Positions 1 to 13,676 are shown, counted from the stretch's first letter. The stretch: DNA of 64,000 bases from Basidiobolus meristosporus CBS 931.73 (GCA_002104905.1 MCFE01000063.1:62001-126000), one strand, 5' to 3'. Notes: generated by a model from the letters alone, not told the origin. Program-made: numbers and translations.

Positions 1-877
1 ACAGAAGTATACAAGTTATTTAGATCAAAAACACTAGATACTGATATGCTGATAGTGCTGCATTAATGGTGGCACTATTCATATCCAAGTATTCAACAAA
101 TTTGCCATAAGACAAACAGCTAGCTAGATCAAGAATACAAGCTATTTAGGTTGCTTATGTACCCAGCTTACCAATTGCAAAATCATTGATTGATGGAACT
201 CTACATGTACCATGACCAGCATTGGACTGATCTCTACACTATGGAGGAATAGTTTCATAAAGCAGAGAAGTCAGAAGTGTGGCTGCTTGTAGAATTGACT
301 AAGCAGCCTGTAAGACCAAATAGGTCCCAGCCCAGTTCCTAGTTGAACCTTACCTATAAATTTTCTTACTATACTTGGTGCCTAAGCATTGTTATCAAAG
401 TATTTGAGAAAATAGTCAACCTAAAACTGCTTGATATATACCTGAAGTCATCCAGAACCTCTTCTGAGCATTTGGAATGCCCATGTTTCTTGGGATATAT
501 GTCTAACACATGTGTAGAATTCTAGAAAAAAGGCTACTCAAAGCCTGCAAAACACTAGCATGATGCTAGTTAAACTCTATGGTTCTCACTGCTTAAACTA
601 TCTCTATCTTAGATTTCAGCTATTTGGTGGAGATGAAGAAATAATCCATAGCAGGAGGCTACACAGAGAAACATTCAAGCCCAATTTAGTAATAAGACAC
701 CCACTGCTTCCACAACAACTTTCAACTAAAATGTGAAGCAAAAATACTAGCTGAATACCAGCAAAACACAATTCAAATACTGACTGAATACTTCTATGAA
801 TGCACACAAGGGAGGAGGTATGGAAAGGCATGGCAGCAGAGGACCCAGGTGTGGACCATTGAGTCAAGGCAAGGTTC

Positions 878-1163
878 TGTTGTAAGCTTTGTAATTACAC
901 CTAAATACATGCCTAGTTTAGTCACTTGGATCATTACTAACAAATTTTTGAGAATTCCAAACCAGTTCCTGTTGGGATTTACTTGAAATATATTTACCAC
1001 AACATCTAGTACCCAGAACATCAAAATTCTCAGGACTGTCCATATTGTTTCAGACTCCACACACAAGTTCATAGGACCTTCTTGAAAATATCTTACATGC
1101 TTGTTTGCCAAGACAATGTAAAGTAAAATTAGTACTTTTATACTGAATAGATCACTTAGTGAC
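878..1163 (+). mobile_element. Old diverged copia 5' LTR, first part (relic C0), interrupted by copia C1
   Basis: Starts TGTTGTAA and aligns along the young 350-bp LTR (e.g. gttgggatttacttgaaata, acccagaacatcaaaattct). It resumes at 5851 after the GTGAC duplication. Confidence 0.8.
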
Positions 1164-4100
1164 TGTTGTAAGAGTCTTGGAGATATTGGAAGTGATTGGG
1201 AGAACAAGTAGATTATGTGGTTTTCACTTAATGATTTATTGAATGTTAAAGTAGTATTTATAATTTTACATGGTCTTGGCATTACAAACACATAGAATAG
1301 GTTAAGGAAGGTCCCAAGAACATGTGTGCAAAGTTTGGGGCTGTTTGGGCAACTTTGAGAATTTTTCATGTTCTGGGTACCTGGTATTTTGGTGAAAATA
1401 TTCCAAGTAAATCCCAACAAGGAATTTGGTCAGTATTCTCTAGGATTTGAAGGTGATGATCTAAGTGACTAAGTTAGGTGAATATTTAGGTGGAAATACA
1501 AATTTTTTACAACACTCCCACTCAGCTAAATGTTCATACTGACTAGACCTAATTTTGACCTAAGATATTCAAACTTGTCTCTAGCTAGTGGTTTGGTAAA
1601 TATGTCTGCAATCATTTCATCTGTAGGACAGTAAACTAAGCTAACTAAGTTATTCTCTATAGCTTCTTGTATGAAATGATGTCTAATATCTATGTGCTTG
1701 GTTCTAGCACAAAAAGTTGGATTTCTACCTAATTGTATACATCCTTGATTATCTTGAAATAAAGTAATAGGCGTTTTTTGACATAGGCCTAAATCTGTAA
1801 AGAGTTTTCTTAACCACATTGCTTCTTTTGTAGCTTCACAGGCTGCCATATACTCTGCCTCTGTAGTAGAAAGTGCTACGGTTGGTTGCTTTCTTGAATT
1901 CCATGAAATGGCTCCTTTACAGTAAAGAAAGGTGTATCCTGTAGTGGATCTTCTGTCTTCTAAATTTTGTCCCCAATCAGCATCAGAGTATCCCACAAGA
2001 TCCTGTTCTGAATCCTTATAAGTGTTTCTTAAGCAGATATCAGCAGTTCCTTTTAGATATCTAAAAATCCGCTTTACTGCTGTAATATGACAGATCCATA
2101 ATTCTGATTATGTTGGCTGACAACTCCCACTGAATATGAGATATCTGGACGTGTTCCAAGCATGATATACATCAGACTGCCGACCATGGATTGATAAGGA
2201 AAGTCAGGGCTTTCAAATGGCACCAAGCTCTCTTGATTTGGTTGAGTTTTGACCAAGTTAAGGTTTGTCTCCATTGGGGTAGCTGCCGGTTTACAGTCTT
2301 CCATTGTGTACTTCTTTAGTATAGCTTGAATATACTTGGATTGGCTTAGGGTAATAGTCTGGGTACTTCTGTCTATGGAGGACTTAATCCCTAAGTAGTA
2401 ACTGAGTTCTCCTAGATCGGACATCTTGAACTCCTTAGATAGGCTGGATTTAGTCTCTTCCAATGTTTCTAGGTTATTGGCAGCTATAATAAGATCATCC
2501 ACATATAGAGCTAATAGAACTGGATTTGCTCTATCTGGCTTATAGTATATACTATAGTCAGCATTACTCCTTTTGAAACTCAAAGATTCCAAATAAGAAT
2601 CTATCTTGCAATTCCAGGCTCTTGGTGATTGTTTGAGACCATATAGTGACTTTTTAAGCTTGCAGACCAAATGGGGGTTATCTTGGTCAACAAACCCATC
2701 AGGCTGGTCCATATACACGTCCTCATCAAGTTCTCCATTCAAAAATGCAGTTTTTACATCAATTTGATGAATAAAAAACTTATATTTGGCTGCAATAGCC
2801 AATATTAATCTGATGGAATTAAACTGGCTACCGGTGCAAAGGTCTCAGTATAGTCAAGTCCTTTTGTTTGAGAGTATCCTTTGGCTACAAGTCTTGCTTT
2901 GTATCTTTCAATTGTACCATCAGCCTTGTATATTGTCTTGAAGACCCATCTGCATCCAATTGATTTTTGGTTGATTGGTAATTTGACTATGTCCCAAGTT
3001 TGATTTTCCATCAGGGCCTGATATTCCTCAGTCATTGCAGATCTCCAAAACTTTGTCTGAGGGCTATTTAGGGCCTCTTTTACAGTCTGGGGTTCATCAA
3101 TATGGACTGAATAGGCATAGGCTAAGTTTGTACCCTCATTAATATAGTAATTTGGGCTATTTCTTGTTCGATTTGATCTCTGGGCATTTGATACTGGAAT
3201 GATCACTTCTGGGATATTCCTGGGCACTGATTCTGGCTGAACCACGGTTGTAGAGTCCTCTGGAGTGAAAAAATTTTCATTGTTTTGCTCTGATTCAATC
3301 CTGACAATTGGTGGACTTGAGATCAAATTTTTGTCATCATCGGATGTCATTTTTTGTGAAAATTTTGAATTTTCATCAAACAACACATCCCTGGACTTGA
3401 TAAGCTTCTTTGCTTTGGTATTGTAGAGTCTGTATGCCTTACTCTTGTTGCAGTAGCCCAAAAATATACATTTTACACTTTTTGGCTCAAATTTTGACTG
3501 ATTTCCGGCCAGTTTTTTGGCATATGCTGTGCACCCAAATATTCTTAGATGTTCTGCACTTGGTCTGTATCCATACCATGCTTCAAATGGAGTAGAATCA
3601 CGAAGTATTCTGTTATAACTCCTATTTTTAAGGTATACAGCAGTGGCAACTGATTCCACCCAAAAATCATAGGATAATTTTTGATCCTGGATCATAGATC
3701 TTGCCATATCAATTATTGATCTGTTAGCTTGTTCTGCTACTCCATTTTGCTGTGGGGAGTATGGTACAGTAGTTGCTTGCTTTATCCCATGAATTTTGCA
3801 GAAGTGGATGAAGAGTTTTGAGGTATATTCTCCACCATAGTCAGAGCGTATTTTCTTGATTTTTTCACCAGTTTCTCTCTCCACCATGGCTTTAAACTCC
3901 CTGAGCTTAGACAGAGCTTTTTCCTTTCTCTCCATGAAGTAGACCCATATGTAACTTGTATAATTGTCAATAAAAGTGATTAAATACTTCATCCCGCCTA
4001 AGGATAAATTTTGCATAGGTCCACACAGATCTGAGTGAATTAGATCTAATTTCTTCTTAGTTTTGATTAACCCAGAGCTCTTGAACGGTTGTCTGGCTTG

Positions 4101-5850
4101 TTTCCCATATATGCAGGCCTCACAGTGCTCCAAATTAGCTGGGGGAGCAATTTTCACTTCAGAAATTAGCTGATCTTTGATCATTTTGCGCAAATAATCA
4201 AAATTGATGTGTCCAAATCTCCTGTGCCAAAGCATTGGTGTTTCTTCATTTAAGTTACTTAAATTGGCTTCCAGATATGATGGAATATAAGTCAACTTGT
4301 ATAGATTCTGATCTCTGATGCCCAAAGCAATATGGGCACCATTTTGATCAGTGATCCTGCATCCAGAATTGTCAAAACTGAAACTGAGTCCTTCTGCTGT
4401 GGCCTTGCTTACAGAGAGTAGGTTCTTGGCAATTTCTGGCACATAGAGTACTTCTTTAAAGGTCAGTGTATGGCTTCCTTCACTGCTTCTAAGGTTTACT
4501 TGGATAGTTCCTTCTCCCACTACATCAAGTGTTCTATCATCACCCATGAAAACCTTCTTAATTGGAATTTCTTGATATTGGGTAAAAAGTTCTTTTTGGT
4601 GTGTAAAGTGTTGAGAAGCTCCAGAGTCAATATAACACGTCTGAGAATCCTTGTTTGTGGCCATATTTAGTGCAGATATGAATAGTCTATCTTCAGTTGT
4701 TGCAGCATTTCCATATTCAGGCTTCTTTTGCTGATTATCTTTCTTTTTGAGACACCGGTCTGATGTGTGTCCTTTCCTTTTGCAGTAGTTACAAAACAGG
4801 TTGCTGTTGCCTTTGTAGGGTCTTGGGTATCTCCTTTGTTGGCTATCATTGCTTATTAAAGCATTTTCGTCTTCCTTCTTATTAGCGCTTGATTTTCTTA
4901 ATTCTTCATCCAGGAGCCTTCCATATACGTAATTTAAGGTCAAATCTTCAGTTCTGGACTCTAGGGCTGATACAAGGCCCTGAAACTCGTCTGTCAGGCT
5001 ATTCAGGATGGTAACTATCACATCCTCATCAGTAGTTGGTACACCCACAGATTCCATCTCATCTACCAGCAGGGTAATTCTGTTAATTAGATTTTTCATT
5101 TCTTCTCCTGGCAGCATCTTTGTAGTAAAGAGTTTTTGTCTCAGATACATTTTCTTGGCAGCTGAACATGACTGGTAGGTGTCTTCTAATGCTTTCTAGG
5201 CATTCTTTGCCGTTTTTGCTCTTGAGCATGGAATTAGCAATTTGTCCTTGACATTAAGGCAAATGCAGTTAAAGGCACTTTGTTCTTTCTTCTGGTACTT
5301 TAAGGCTTCCTCTCCCACGTTTTTAGGAGGGCATTCTTCTCCCATGACAATATCCCAAAGGCCTCTTTCTTGTAGCAGCATCTTCATCTTCACCTTCCAC
5401 ACTTGGTAGTTAGAGCCATCCAACTTTTCAGCAGAGGGAAAGATTCCAGTAATAGCAGTAGTAGACATTGCAGAGAGTGACAGCTTGGGGCTCATAACCT
5501 GTTGTAAGAGTCTTGGAGATATTGGAAGTGATTTGGAGAACAAGTAGATTATGTGGTTTTCACTTAATGATTTATTGAATGTAAAAGTAGTATTTATACT
5601 GTTACACGGTCTTGGCATTACAAACACGTAGAATAGGTTAAGGAAGGTCCCAAGAACATGTGTGCAAAGTTTGGGGCTGTTTGGACAACTTTGAGAATTT
5701 TTCATGTTCTGGGTACCTGGTATTTTGGTGAAAATATTCCAAGTAAATCCCAACAAGGAATTTGGTCAGTATTCTCTAGGATTTGAAGGTGATGATCTAA
5801 GTGACTAAGTTAGGTGAATATTTAGGTGGAAATACAAATTTTTTACAACA
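1164..5850 (-). mobile_element. Full-length Ty1/copia LTR retrotransposon C1 (defective)
   Basis: Two 351-bp TG..CA LTRs (1164-1514, 5500-5850, ~7 mismatches). Exact 5-bp TSD GTGAC. PBS at 5488-5499, PPT at 1515-1524. Domain order Gag-PR-IN-RT-RH. Confidence 0.97.
1526..5495 (-). pseudogene. Copia gag-pol polyprotein of C1, broken by at least 3 frameshifts
   Basis: ORFs 5196-5756, 2805-5150, 2074-2802 and 1526-1996. Motifs: CNYCKRKGHTSDRC zinc knuckle, DSGASQH protease, HSDLCGP / SDYGGEY integrase, YVDD RT, YSDADW / TKHIDIRHHF RNase H. Confidence 0.95.
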
Positions 5851-6025
5851 GTGACAACACATAATCAATATGCTCTCACAACCACACCACTACCAGCAAA
5901 ACTCTTAAAACAGGCTATGAGCCCCAAAATGTCACACTCTGGACTGTCTGATACTTCCATTACTGGAGTTTTCCCTCTGCTGCAAAGTTGTATGCATCAA
6001 ACCACCAGTCTGGAAGGTGAAGTTG
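5851..6025 (+). mobile_element. Relic C0: LTR end, PBS and gag start
   Basis: LTR ends ctcttaaaaca at 5912, followed by PBS-like GGCTATGAGCCC and a gag start homologous to C2 up to ...tggaaggtgaagttg. Confidence 0.8.
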
Positions 6026-9000
6026 CCCTATGAAAAACAATTTGGTCCTACAGGTGGATCCAATCCAAATCAGCTGTCAAGATCCCATCAGGAGACTGCC
6101 ATAATACCAGTAGCTTGGAATTAATGACCATCACACAATCTGACAATTGGATCACAACAGTGTTTGGCTAGTTTCACTGCCAAATAAAGTTAAAAAACAT
6201 AATGGTGTTTGAACAGTGTTTTGCTAAGGGACCCATGGCATTGTTGCAGTCTTGGTGCACTTTACAACAATTTGAGTGGATCTAACTGGCCAGTACATCC
6301 AATTGCCTTATATGGCAAAAAACATGATGGTTATTTGACAGCCTCATTGGAAGCTTCTGATGGCATTATCATGGTAGTATGGCGGCCTAAAGCTAGTTCT
6401 ATATAATGCTACTGTACCATATTTACCAAATGGTATTTCCTTTTCTACCTACACTTGCACAACTCATATATTCCACTGTAGAGTGACGCATCTTTATTTG
6501 CTACCCACTACTACCTTGGGTATTCCACATAAAGTTCAAATCAAAAAATACTATGGCCTCCTGCTTACTAATTTCTACAAATGTACACACCTGCCACAAC
6601 TGACATACTTCTATCACCTCAGCTTTACAGCTTTTTAGGATGATACTTGCAAAGTTGCCATATGCCTTATATTGCTGGCAACATATACTCTTGCAAACAT
6701 ATGCTTGGTGGCTGCCACTTTTGCCATGAATACCTCCTGAAACTCTGCAAAGAGCTTTTTGGTACTGAGCAAATATCTTTTTTCTCCCTGCTGGATTCCA
6801 GGCCCTTTTATAGGTGTGCTCCAGCACTTGTTTGCATTTATTCCATTTTAAATAGAGTAGAAATGTGCTTGCAACCAGGAGGAATCCAGCATACTTTGGT
6901 AAAGTTGTCCTATTTAGAATTAGTTGCTTGTTGTGTTCAACCCAAAACTCCATTACTTAACTGATTACCCACACACTGGGGCTGCTTAGCTTCTTAATGC
7001 TAAAGGCATATGTCTCTTCATGTGCATTTCTGTCTTCACTAATGTCCAGCTCTTGCTGGCTGTCCTCCATATGCCAACTCAGTACATCCATCCCAGACTT
7101 TAAGGTTACATTTGTGATGAGACTGGGATATGGTAGTACTTGCAACTTGACCTGCCTTACATTCTTACTGTGCATATGCTTCATAGAAAGCCTCCAAAAG
7201 GTGAAGCAGCACTCTGTTGAAATATTTGCAAGATATATTCAAGGTGAGAGAGATGGAGAATTAGGAGATTTACATGATGTTCACTTGATGATCTATTGAA
7301 TTACAAATAGTAGTTATACTTATTGCAGACCTACATAGATGTAACTGTTTGGTAACTATTAGAGGAGTCTCTGGAGTACATGTGCCCATTTTCAGCTCAT
7401 GTGGATATGTTTCAGATCTTCTTAAATTCTGTACTTTACTAAATCCTAAAAATTAGCAAATATTTACATACTAGCTTCTAAGTTGATATTCTGAAATGCA
7501 TCATTTAACCAAGTGCTAGCTCATAAAATATTAGTAATTAGATGGACTTCTAATTATTTCCACAGGCTCAATATTATTCACACATCAAGCAAGATAGAGT
7601 AGAGAATGGATAAAGTAGATGCAGCAATCTACATGTTTAGCTTTATGCTTGTGATATAGACACTCATATTGCATCACAAATTCCTTGCATAAAAGCTTTA
7701 CATGTGTCAAATTTGCATTGGGGATCTGCTTCTGGATAAATTTTCATACAATGTTAACAAACAGCTCCCAATGATTCCAATGTACTCTTGGTAGAAATGG
7801 CTTCAGAAGCCCACTTGAATAAATACATATCCAGGCCATTCAGTCTTGCATGTGTAGAGTTGCATAGGCATATGAATATTGATGGGACACATGAGAGCTA
7901 CTTTGGGTAGCAGATACTCTGTAATACCTTGCTAATTCTTTCCAATTTCCCCAGTATCTCAAGAGGTGGATCAAGCTTGAAATGCCCCATATAAAACTTG
8001 TTTATTAGTATTGGGATACTGTTGAGGACAAATACAATGCTCACATTGGAAAGCTTTTGTGGCCACAGATTCCCTCTATCTTTAGTGTATCTGGTTTTTG
8101 ATTAATTTTGTATTCTGACTAATGGCCTGTAGCTTGCCAACTTTGCTGCTGTCTTCTATTTGTTCTCTCTGTGGGAAGTTGATTTTCTTATTGTTGGTGT
8201 TTGGCTAATAATAATGTGTGTGAGTGATAGAGTAAGTCCCCTGGAGCTCACACATTTAACAGCAATACCAATCATTGTGCCCAGAAAAGCCAGCTATCTT
8301 GCTGATAGCTGGGGTATCTTCAATGCAGATAATTATATGTGCTTTTATATAATGTTCCTTTACTAGCATACCACTGGAATGCTTATAAAATTCATACAGC
8401 CAAGGATACAGAAAGCTAAAATGATTGGCAAGTGATATAGTCCTAGATTTCAGTGAGACTACCATCTGATTTCTGCACTAATACTTTGAGGTTAGTGGCA
8501 GATTCAGGCCAATGAGCATTGGAGGACTGCAGGGATTGCCAGTAGAGTACATATTTGATGGGATTCCTTGAAGTACCAAGGTAAAGGCATGGCCATACAT
8601 TCCTTGAAAGTGGCCCTTGCTTTATAGTTGTTTGTTATATTAGCTATCAAGTAAATGGAAGTGCTTGCACTTGATTGACGCTGAGTTCAGTACTTTATAG
8701 CATCATAATATATGTTGGACTGCACAGACTTCCTTAGATAAGGTATTATGCAAATATATCAGGAGTAACAACAATGTTATCCTTCTATGGTGGTGGATTC
8801 CTGACACGTTGGACACCTTGCAATGGTGGCATTTCCTGATCTCAATGCCATGCAAATGCTGACACATGCTGGTATCAGGATGGTCTCTGGGTCATATGTT
8901 GCCAGCTGCATCAGGGTTGCCAGTTTGTACTTTGTACCCAGTAAGTTACATCCCAGAACAATTTTGGCCAGAAGTAGTAATAAATTCTCAAAGCCCCCAT

Positions 9001-9062
9001 TGTCAATAGTAGTGGAAACACACCCCTTCTCTAGCCACAACTTGACATCATTCACCTGTGGA
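6026..9062 (-). mobile_element. CMC/EnSpm-like DNA transposon E1, right end with degenerate transposase
   Basis: TIR CCCTATGAAAAACAATTTGG at 6026. Minus-strand transposase remnants include IEDTPAISKIAGFSGHNDWYCC and ACVSICMAL..CPTCQES. Confidence 0.85.
7215..7564 (-). mobile_element. Diverged copia solo LTR inserted in E1
   Basis: 350-bp TGTTG...CACA insert that interrupts otherwise contiguous transposase sequence (gtgaagca|ggctcaatatt) and weakly resembles the copia LTR. The TSD is not clean. Confidence 0.6.
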
Positions 9063-10464
9063 AAAAAATATGCTCATGCAGTCCAACAACTATTGTGAAG
9101 CTGTAAAGTACTGCACTCAGTATCAATCAAGTGCAATAGCAAACAATACAAACAGCTAAGAAGCAAGGGCTACTTTGAAAGTATGTTTGACCATGCCTTT
9201 GCCTTGGCACATGATGGATTCTCATTAAAGAAGTACTCTACCAGCAAATCATGCTGGTTACTGATTCTCATCAGCCAGAATCTGCTGCCTATCTTATGGT
9301 GTCAGAGAAGAAATCTGATGGTAGTCTCACTGATATCTGGGCCTAAATCTCTAACCAACATGGATGGATACCTGTATCCATTGCTGGATGAACTTTGCAT
9401 GCTTTCCAGCAGGGTAACAGTAAACAGTTATCAGACTTGTTCCATCATTCCGGCTGATCATAGTGCCCAATAGTGCCATAGCATGCCAGATGGTGCCTGA
9501 TCATGCCACAAAGTGCCAGATGGTGCCATACAGTGCCAATTTGGGATCAAAATTGACATGCATATGTCCCTAAAATATCAGAGTAATAACAAAATATACA
9601 GCTCCTTCTGGCACTATGATCAACTACACAATGGAACAAGTCTATTGTATAAAAGCACATATTGTTATCTGCATTGGAGAACCCCTAGCCATCAGCAAGA
9701 TAGCTAGCTTTTCTAAGCACAATGGACAGTATTCCTGTCAAATGTGTGAGATACAGGGGATTTACTTCATAATTCACACACATTATCATTACCCAAACAC
9801 CAACACTAAGAACATCATCTTTCCACAGAGAAAACATACAGAAGTCTGCATGCAACTGTAGCAAGGTTAGCAAGCTGTAAGCCATCAGCTAAAATATGGA
9901 ATTAATTGCAAGCCAGAGATACTTAAGATAGAGAGTATCTGTTGGAGCAAAAGCTTTCAACTGGGAGCAATGAGTTTGCTTTTCAACAGTATCCCTATAT
10001 TGTTGACCAAGTTTCACATGGGGCATTTCAAGCTAAATGAGCCCTTTGAGATACTGGAGAAATTGGAAAGAATTGGCAAGATATTACAGAGTATCCACTA
10101 CCCTAAGTACTTCTCACAGGCTTCAATCAACATTCATGTGCATATGCAACAATACAAGTGCAAGGACTGAATGAACTGGATATGTATTTATTCATGTGGC
10201 CTTCTGAAGCCATTGCTACCTTGAGTACATTGGAAGCATTGGGAGTCATATGTGGAGATTGTAGAAATATGTGTCCAGAAGCTGATCATCAATGCCAAGT
10301 TGACACATTCACAGCTTTTGTGCAGAGTTTGTGATGGGATCTGAGTGGCTATACTACAAGCACAAAGCTGAACATGTGGATCTCTGTTGCTACTCTATAC
10401 ATTTGTTATTCCATCTTCCTGATGTGTTAAATATTGGACCTTGCTTCACCTATTGGGAGTTTCT
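9063..10464 (+). mobile_element. EnSpm-like transposase fragment E2 (opposite polarity to E1)
   Basis: Catalytic-region motifs ALAHDGFSLKKYS..CWLLILISQNL..GPKSLTNMDGYLYPLLDEL (Transposase_21-like) and WLYYKHKAEHVDLC..IHLLFHL..IGPCFTYWEF (DUF4218-like). Confidence 0.85.
9433..9643. mobile_element. 211-bp MITE, ANT-TSD family (copy 1)
   Basis: 13-bp TIR AGACTTGTTCCAT; TSD ATC/ATT; eight TGCC units at 10-bp period; interrupts the E2 transposase. Confidence 0.9.
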
Positions 10465-11530
10465 TGCTGTGAGAGTCTTGGAGATATTGCAATTGATTGC
10501 AAGAACAATTAGATTAGCTGGTTTTCACTTAATGATTTATTGTATATATGAGTAGTATTTAAACTTTTGAATGGTTTTGGCATTATCAACACATAGAATA
10601 TGCTAAGGAAGGTCCCAAACACATGTGCACAAAGTTTGAGGCTGTTTGGACAACTTTGAGAATTTTCATGTTCTTGGTACCTGATATTTTGGTGAAGATA
10701 TTCTAGGTAAATGCCAACAAGAAATTTGGCCAGTATTCCCTAGAATTTTAAGGTAATGATCCAAGTGAATAAGTTTGGTGAATATTTAGGTGATATTACA
10801 AATTCTTACAACACTCCCACTCAGCAAAATGCTCATACTGACTAGTCCTAATTTTGACCTAAAATATTCAAACTTGTCTCTAGCTAATATTTTGGTAAAT
10901 ATGTCTGCAATCATTTCATCTGAAGGACAGTAAACTAAGGTAAATAAGTTATTGTCTATAGCATCATATATGAAATGATGTCTAATATCTCTGTGCTTGG
11001 CTTTAGCATAAAAAGCTGGATTTCTATATAATTTCATACATCCTTAATTATCCTGAAATAAAGTAATAGGTATTTTTTGACATAGGCCTAAATCAGCAAA
11101 AAGCTTTATTAACCACATTGCTTCTTTTGTAGCTCTATATGCTGCCATATACTCTGCCTCTGTGGTAGAAAGTGCTATGGTTGGTTGCTTTCTTGAATTC
11201 CATGAAATTTCTCCTTTACAGTAAAGAAAGGTGTATCCTGTGGTGGATCTTTTGTCTTTCAAGTTTTGTCCCCAATTAGCATTGGAGTAACCCACAAGAC
11301 CCTATTCTGAATCCTTATAAGTGTATCTTAAGCAGATATCAGCAGTTCCTTTTAGGTATCCAAAACTCAACGTAACTGCTGCAATATGATTGGATCCATA
11401 GTTCTGAGCACGCTGGCTGACAGCTCACACTGAATATGAGATACCTGGATGTGTTCCAAGCATGATATACATCAGACTGCCAACTATAAATTGATTAGGA
11501 AAGTCAGGGCATTCAGATGGTACCAAGCTC
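10465..11530 (-). mobile_element. Truncated copia C5: 3' LTR plus RNase H/RT end
   Basis: 349-bp LTR 10465-10813 and PPT complement ctcccactca. ORFs YSNANWGQNLKDKRSTTGY and AKHRDIRHHF. Confidence 0.9.
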
Positions 11531-11689
11531 TCTATGGAGCTCAATATGAGTGATATATCAGGGGCAACAATAGCAAAACTGACTGACATACTCTATGTGC
11601 CCATTAGCTAAGAACTTACTCTCAGTCAGTAAAGCAACTACTCAAGGACTGAAAGTTACTTTTACTAAGCCGAGCTTCTCAACATTAGG

Positions 11690-13315
11690 TGAAAGTGGGG
11701 AAAAAATTAGCTTTGGGAATTGGAGATTACAATACATACAAGTTACAATGCACAATCATTTTACCTGAGTATGTCAGCATTGCTGAAACTGATGAAACCA
11801 ACAAAGAGGCATGGCTTTGGAGGCTAGGACATATTGGGAAACAGGAAATGAGCAAATTGGTGCAAAAACAACTTGTTTTGGGCATATATTACTCAATCTT
11901 GATCAAACTGAATGTCTGTAAGGGTTTTTCTTATGGCAAACAAGCTTAGCAACATTTCAGGAGCTCAGGCTACATTAACACTACCAAAATTTTGGCTATT
12001 GTGCACTCAGACATATGTGGGCCCTGAGAACCTTGCCCTTTGGAGCTAAGAGATACTTTGTGATGTTTATTGATGACAAGACAAGATAAACATGGCTGTA
12101 CTTCCTCAAGACAGAAAATGAGGCTTTGGGGATGTATCAGCACTTCAAGAACATGGCAGAAACACATACTGGGTGTTTACTGAAAGTACTTTAAAGTAAA
12201 AATAGAGGGAAATAATGCTCATAGAAGTCTGCAAAACACTGCTCATCCACTGGTATACTTCAACAGACCACTGTTTCACATACTCCACAGCCAAATGGGG
12301 TAGTAAAAAGCGCAAATAGAACAGCAGTAGAGATGGGAAGATATATGCTACATGATAAGGGAATGGACTACAGTTTTTGGGCTGAATTTGTTGCTGCCAC
12401 AGTGTACATCAAGAATAGAAGCCCAACAGCAGCACTTCAGGACTTTACACCCTCTGAAGCATGTACAGGCAAAATACCAGACCTCCAGCACCTCAGGATC
12501 TTTGGCAGTGGTGTTTTTTGTCACATCCCGGACAAAAAACACTCAAAGTTGGGACCACAGAGTGGAAAAGGGATCTTTCTTGGGAATTATGAGGATACTA
12601 AAGGGTGCAGTTTGTATGATGGCAAAACTCAGGAGCTGATCAAGAGTGGGGTTGTTGTATCAGAGGAGAATTCAAATCAAAAAGCCACTGAAATCATTTG
12701 CCAGCTGACTGACAATGCAATCCACACTAATAAAGAAGATATGTGCCTATTTTTGTCAGATATGGAAGATAATTCTACCAGTTCCAGATCAGAGCAGTTT
12801 ATCCCAGTTGGGAGATCTACCTGAGTAAGAAATGCCCCTGGATCCTGGTGGCAGACATCCAATGATCATTCAGATGCTTATCTTGCCTTACATGCTAAAC
12901 CTCAGAGTCTGTAATAGGCAATGCAAAGTCCAGATGCTACTATGTGGCAAAAATTCATGGAAGAGGAGTACCAATAACTGATTAGGGCAAATATGTAGGA
13001 ACTGGTAGATTTACAAATGGGAGAAAGCCAATAGGATGCTGGTGGGCCGGTATAATCAAAATACCTGCAAATAGTACCACTGATAAGTACAAGGCCAGAT
13101 TGGTGGCTAAAGGCTATTGCCATATTCAGGGACCAGACTTTGAGGAAACATATCTGGTTGCCAAGTTTTGCTCCATTAGGATAGTTCTAGCCATGACAGC
13201 TGCAGAAAGTTTAGGTCTACACCAAATGGACATCAAAACAGCCTTTCTAAATGGTGTTCTACATGAAACTATATATTTGGTGCAACCAGAGGGTTTAACC
13301 AGTCCAAGTGGGCTC
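11690..13315 (+). mobile_element. Older, distinct copia C6: GAG-pre-integrase, integrase and RT start (degenerate)
   Basis: WLWRLGHIG..CKGFSYGKQA; YSFWAEFVAATVYIKNRSP; HQMDIKTAFLNG..QPEG. Interrupted at GGCTC by C2. Confidence 0.85.
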
Positions 13316-13565
13316 TGTTGTAAAAAATCGTATTTTCCACCTAAATATTCACCTAACTTAGTCACTTAGATCATCACCTTCAAATCCTAGAGAATACTGA
13401 CCAAATTCCTTGTCGGGATTTACTTAGAATATTTTCACCAAAATACCAGGTACCCAGAACATGAAAATTCTCAAAGTTGTCCAAACAGCCCCAAACTTGC
13501 ACACATGTTCTTGGGACCTTCCTTAACCTATTCTACGTGTTTGTAATGCCAAGACCATGTAAAAG

Positions 13566-13593
13566 TATAAATACTACTTTTACATTCAATAAA
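13566..13593 (+). promoter_or_regulatory. Putative LTR TATA box (TATAAATA) and downstream AATAAA
   Basis: Motifs lie in the 3' third of the LTR and are present in the other young LTRs. Function is inferred from position only. Confidence 0.5.
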
Positions 13594-13664
13594 TCATTAA
13601 GTGAAAACCACATAATCTACTTGTTCTCCAAATCACTTCCAATATCTCCAAGACTCTTACAACA

Positions 13665-13676
13665 GGTTATGAGCCC
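13665..13676 (+). promoter_or_regulatory. Primer-binding site complementary to the tRNAiMet anticodon arm (half-tRNA priming)
   Basis: GGTTATGAGCCC abuts the LTR and is the reverse complement of GGGCUCAUAACC, the type of PBS used by Drosophila copia and yeast Ty5. Confidence 0.85.

Noticed and set aside
1-877. CpG-poor sequence that looks like decayed retroelement
   Set aside because: No motif or homolog in the window could be identified confidently, so it is left unannotated.
794-1420. 208-aa ORF and the similar LTR-spanning ORFs (5196-5756, 13477 start, 22193-22441, 56483-57052)
   Set aside because: These are read-through of LTR sequence. The upstream ATG changes frame between copies with homopolymer indels and lies 5' of the putative TATA box, so it is unlikely to be translated.
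9461-9540. TGCC array as a CRISPR array or host regulatory repeat
   Set aside because: The units are 10 bp with no unique spacers and no cas genes, and the array lies wholly inside a TIR/TSD-defined MITE.
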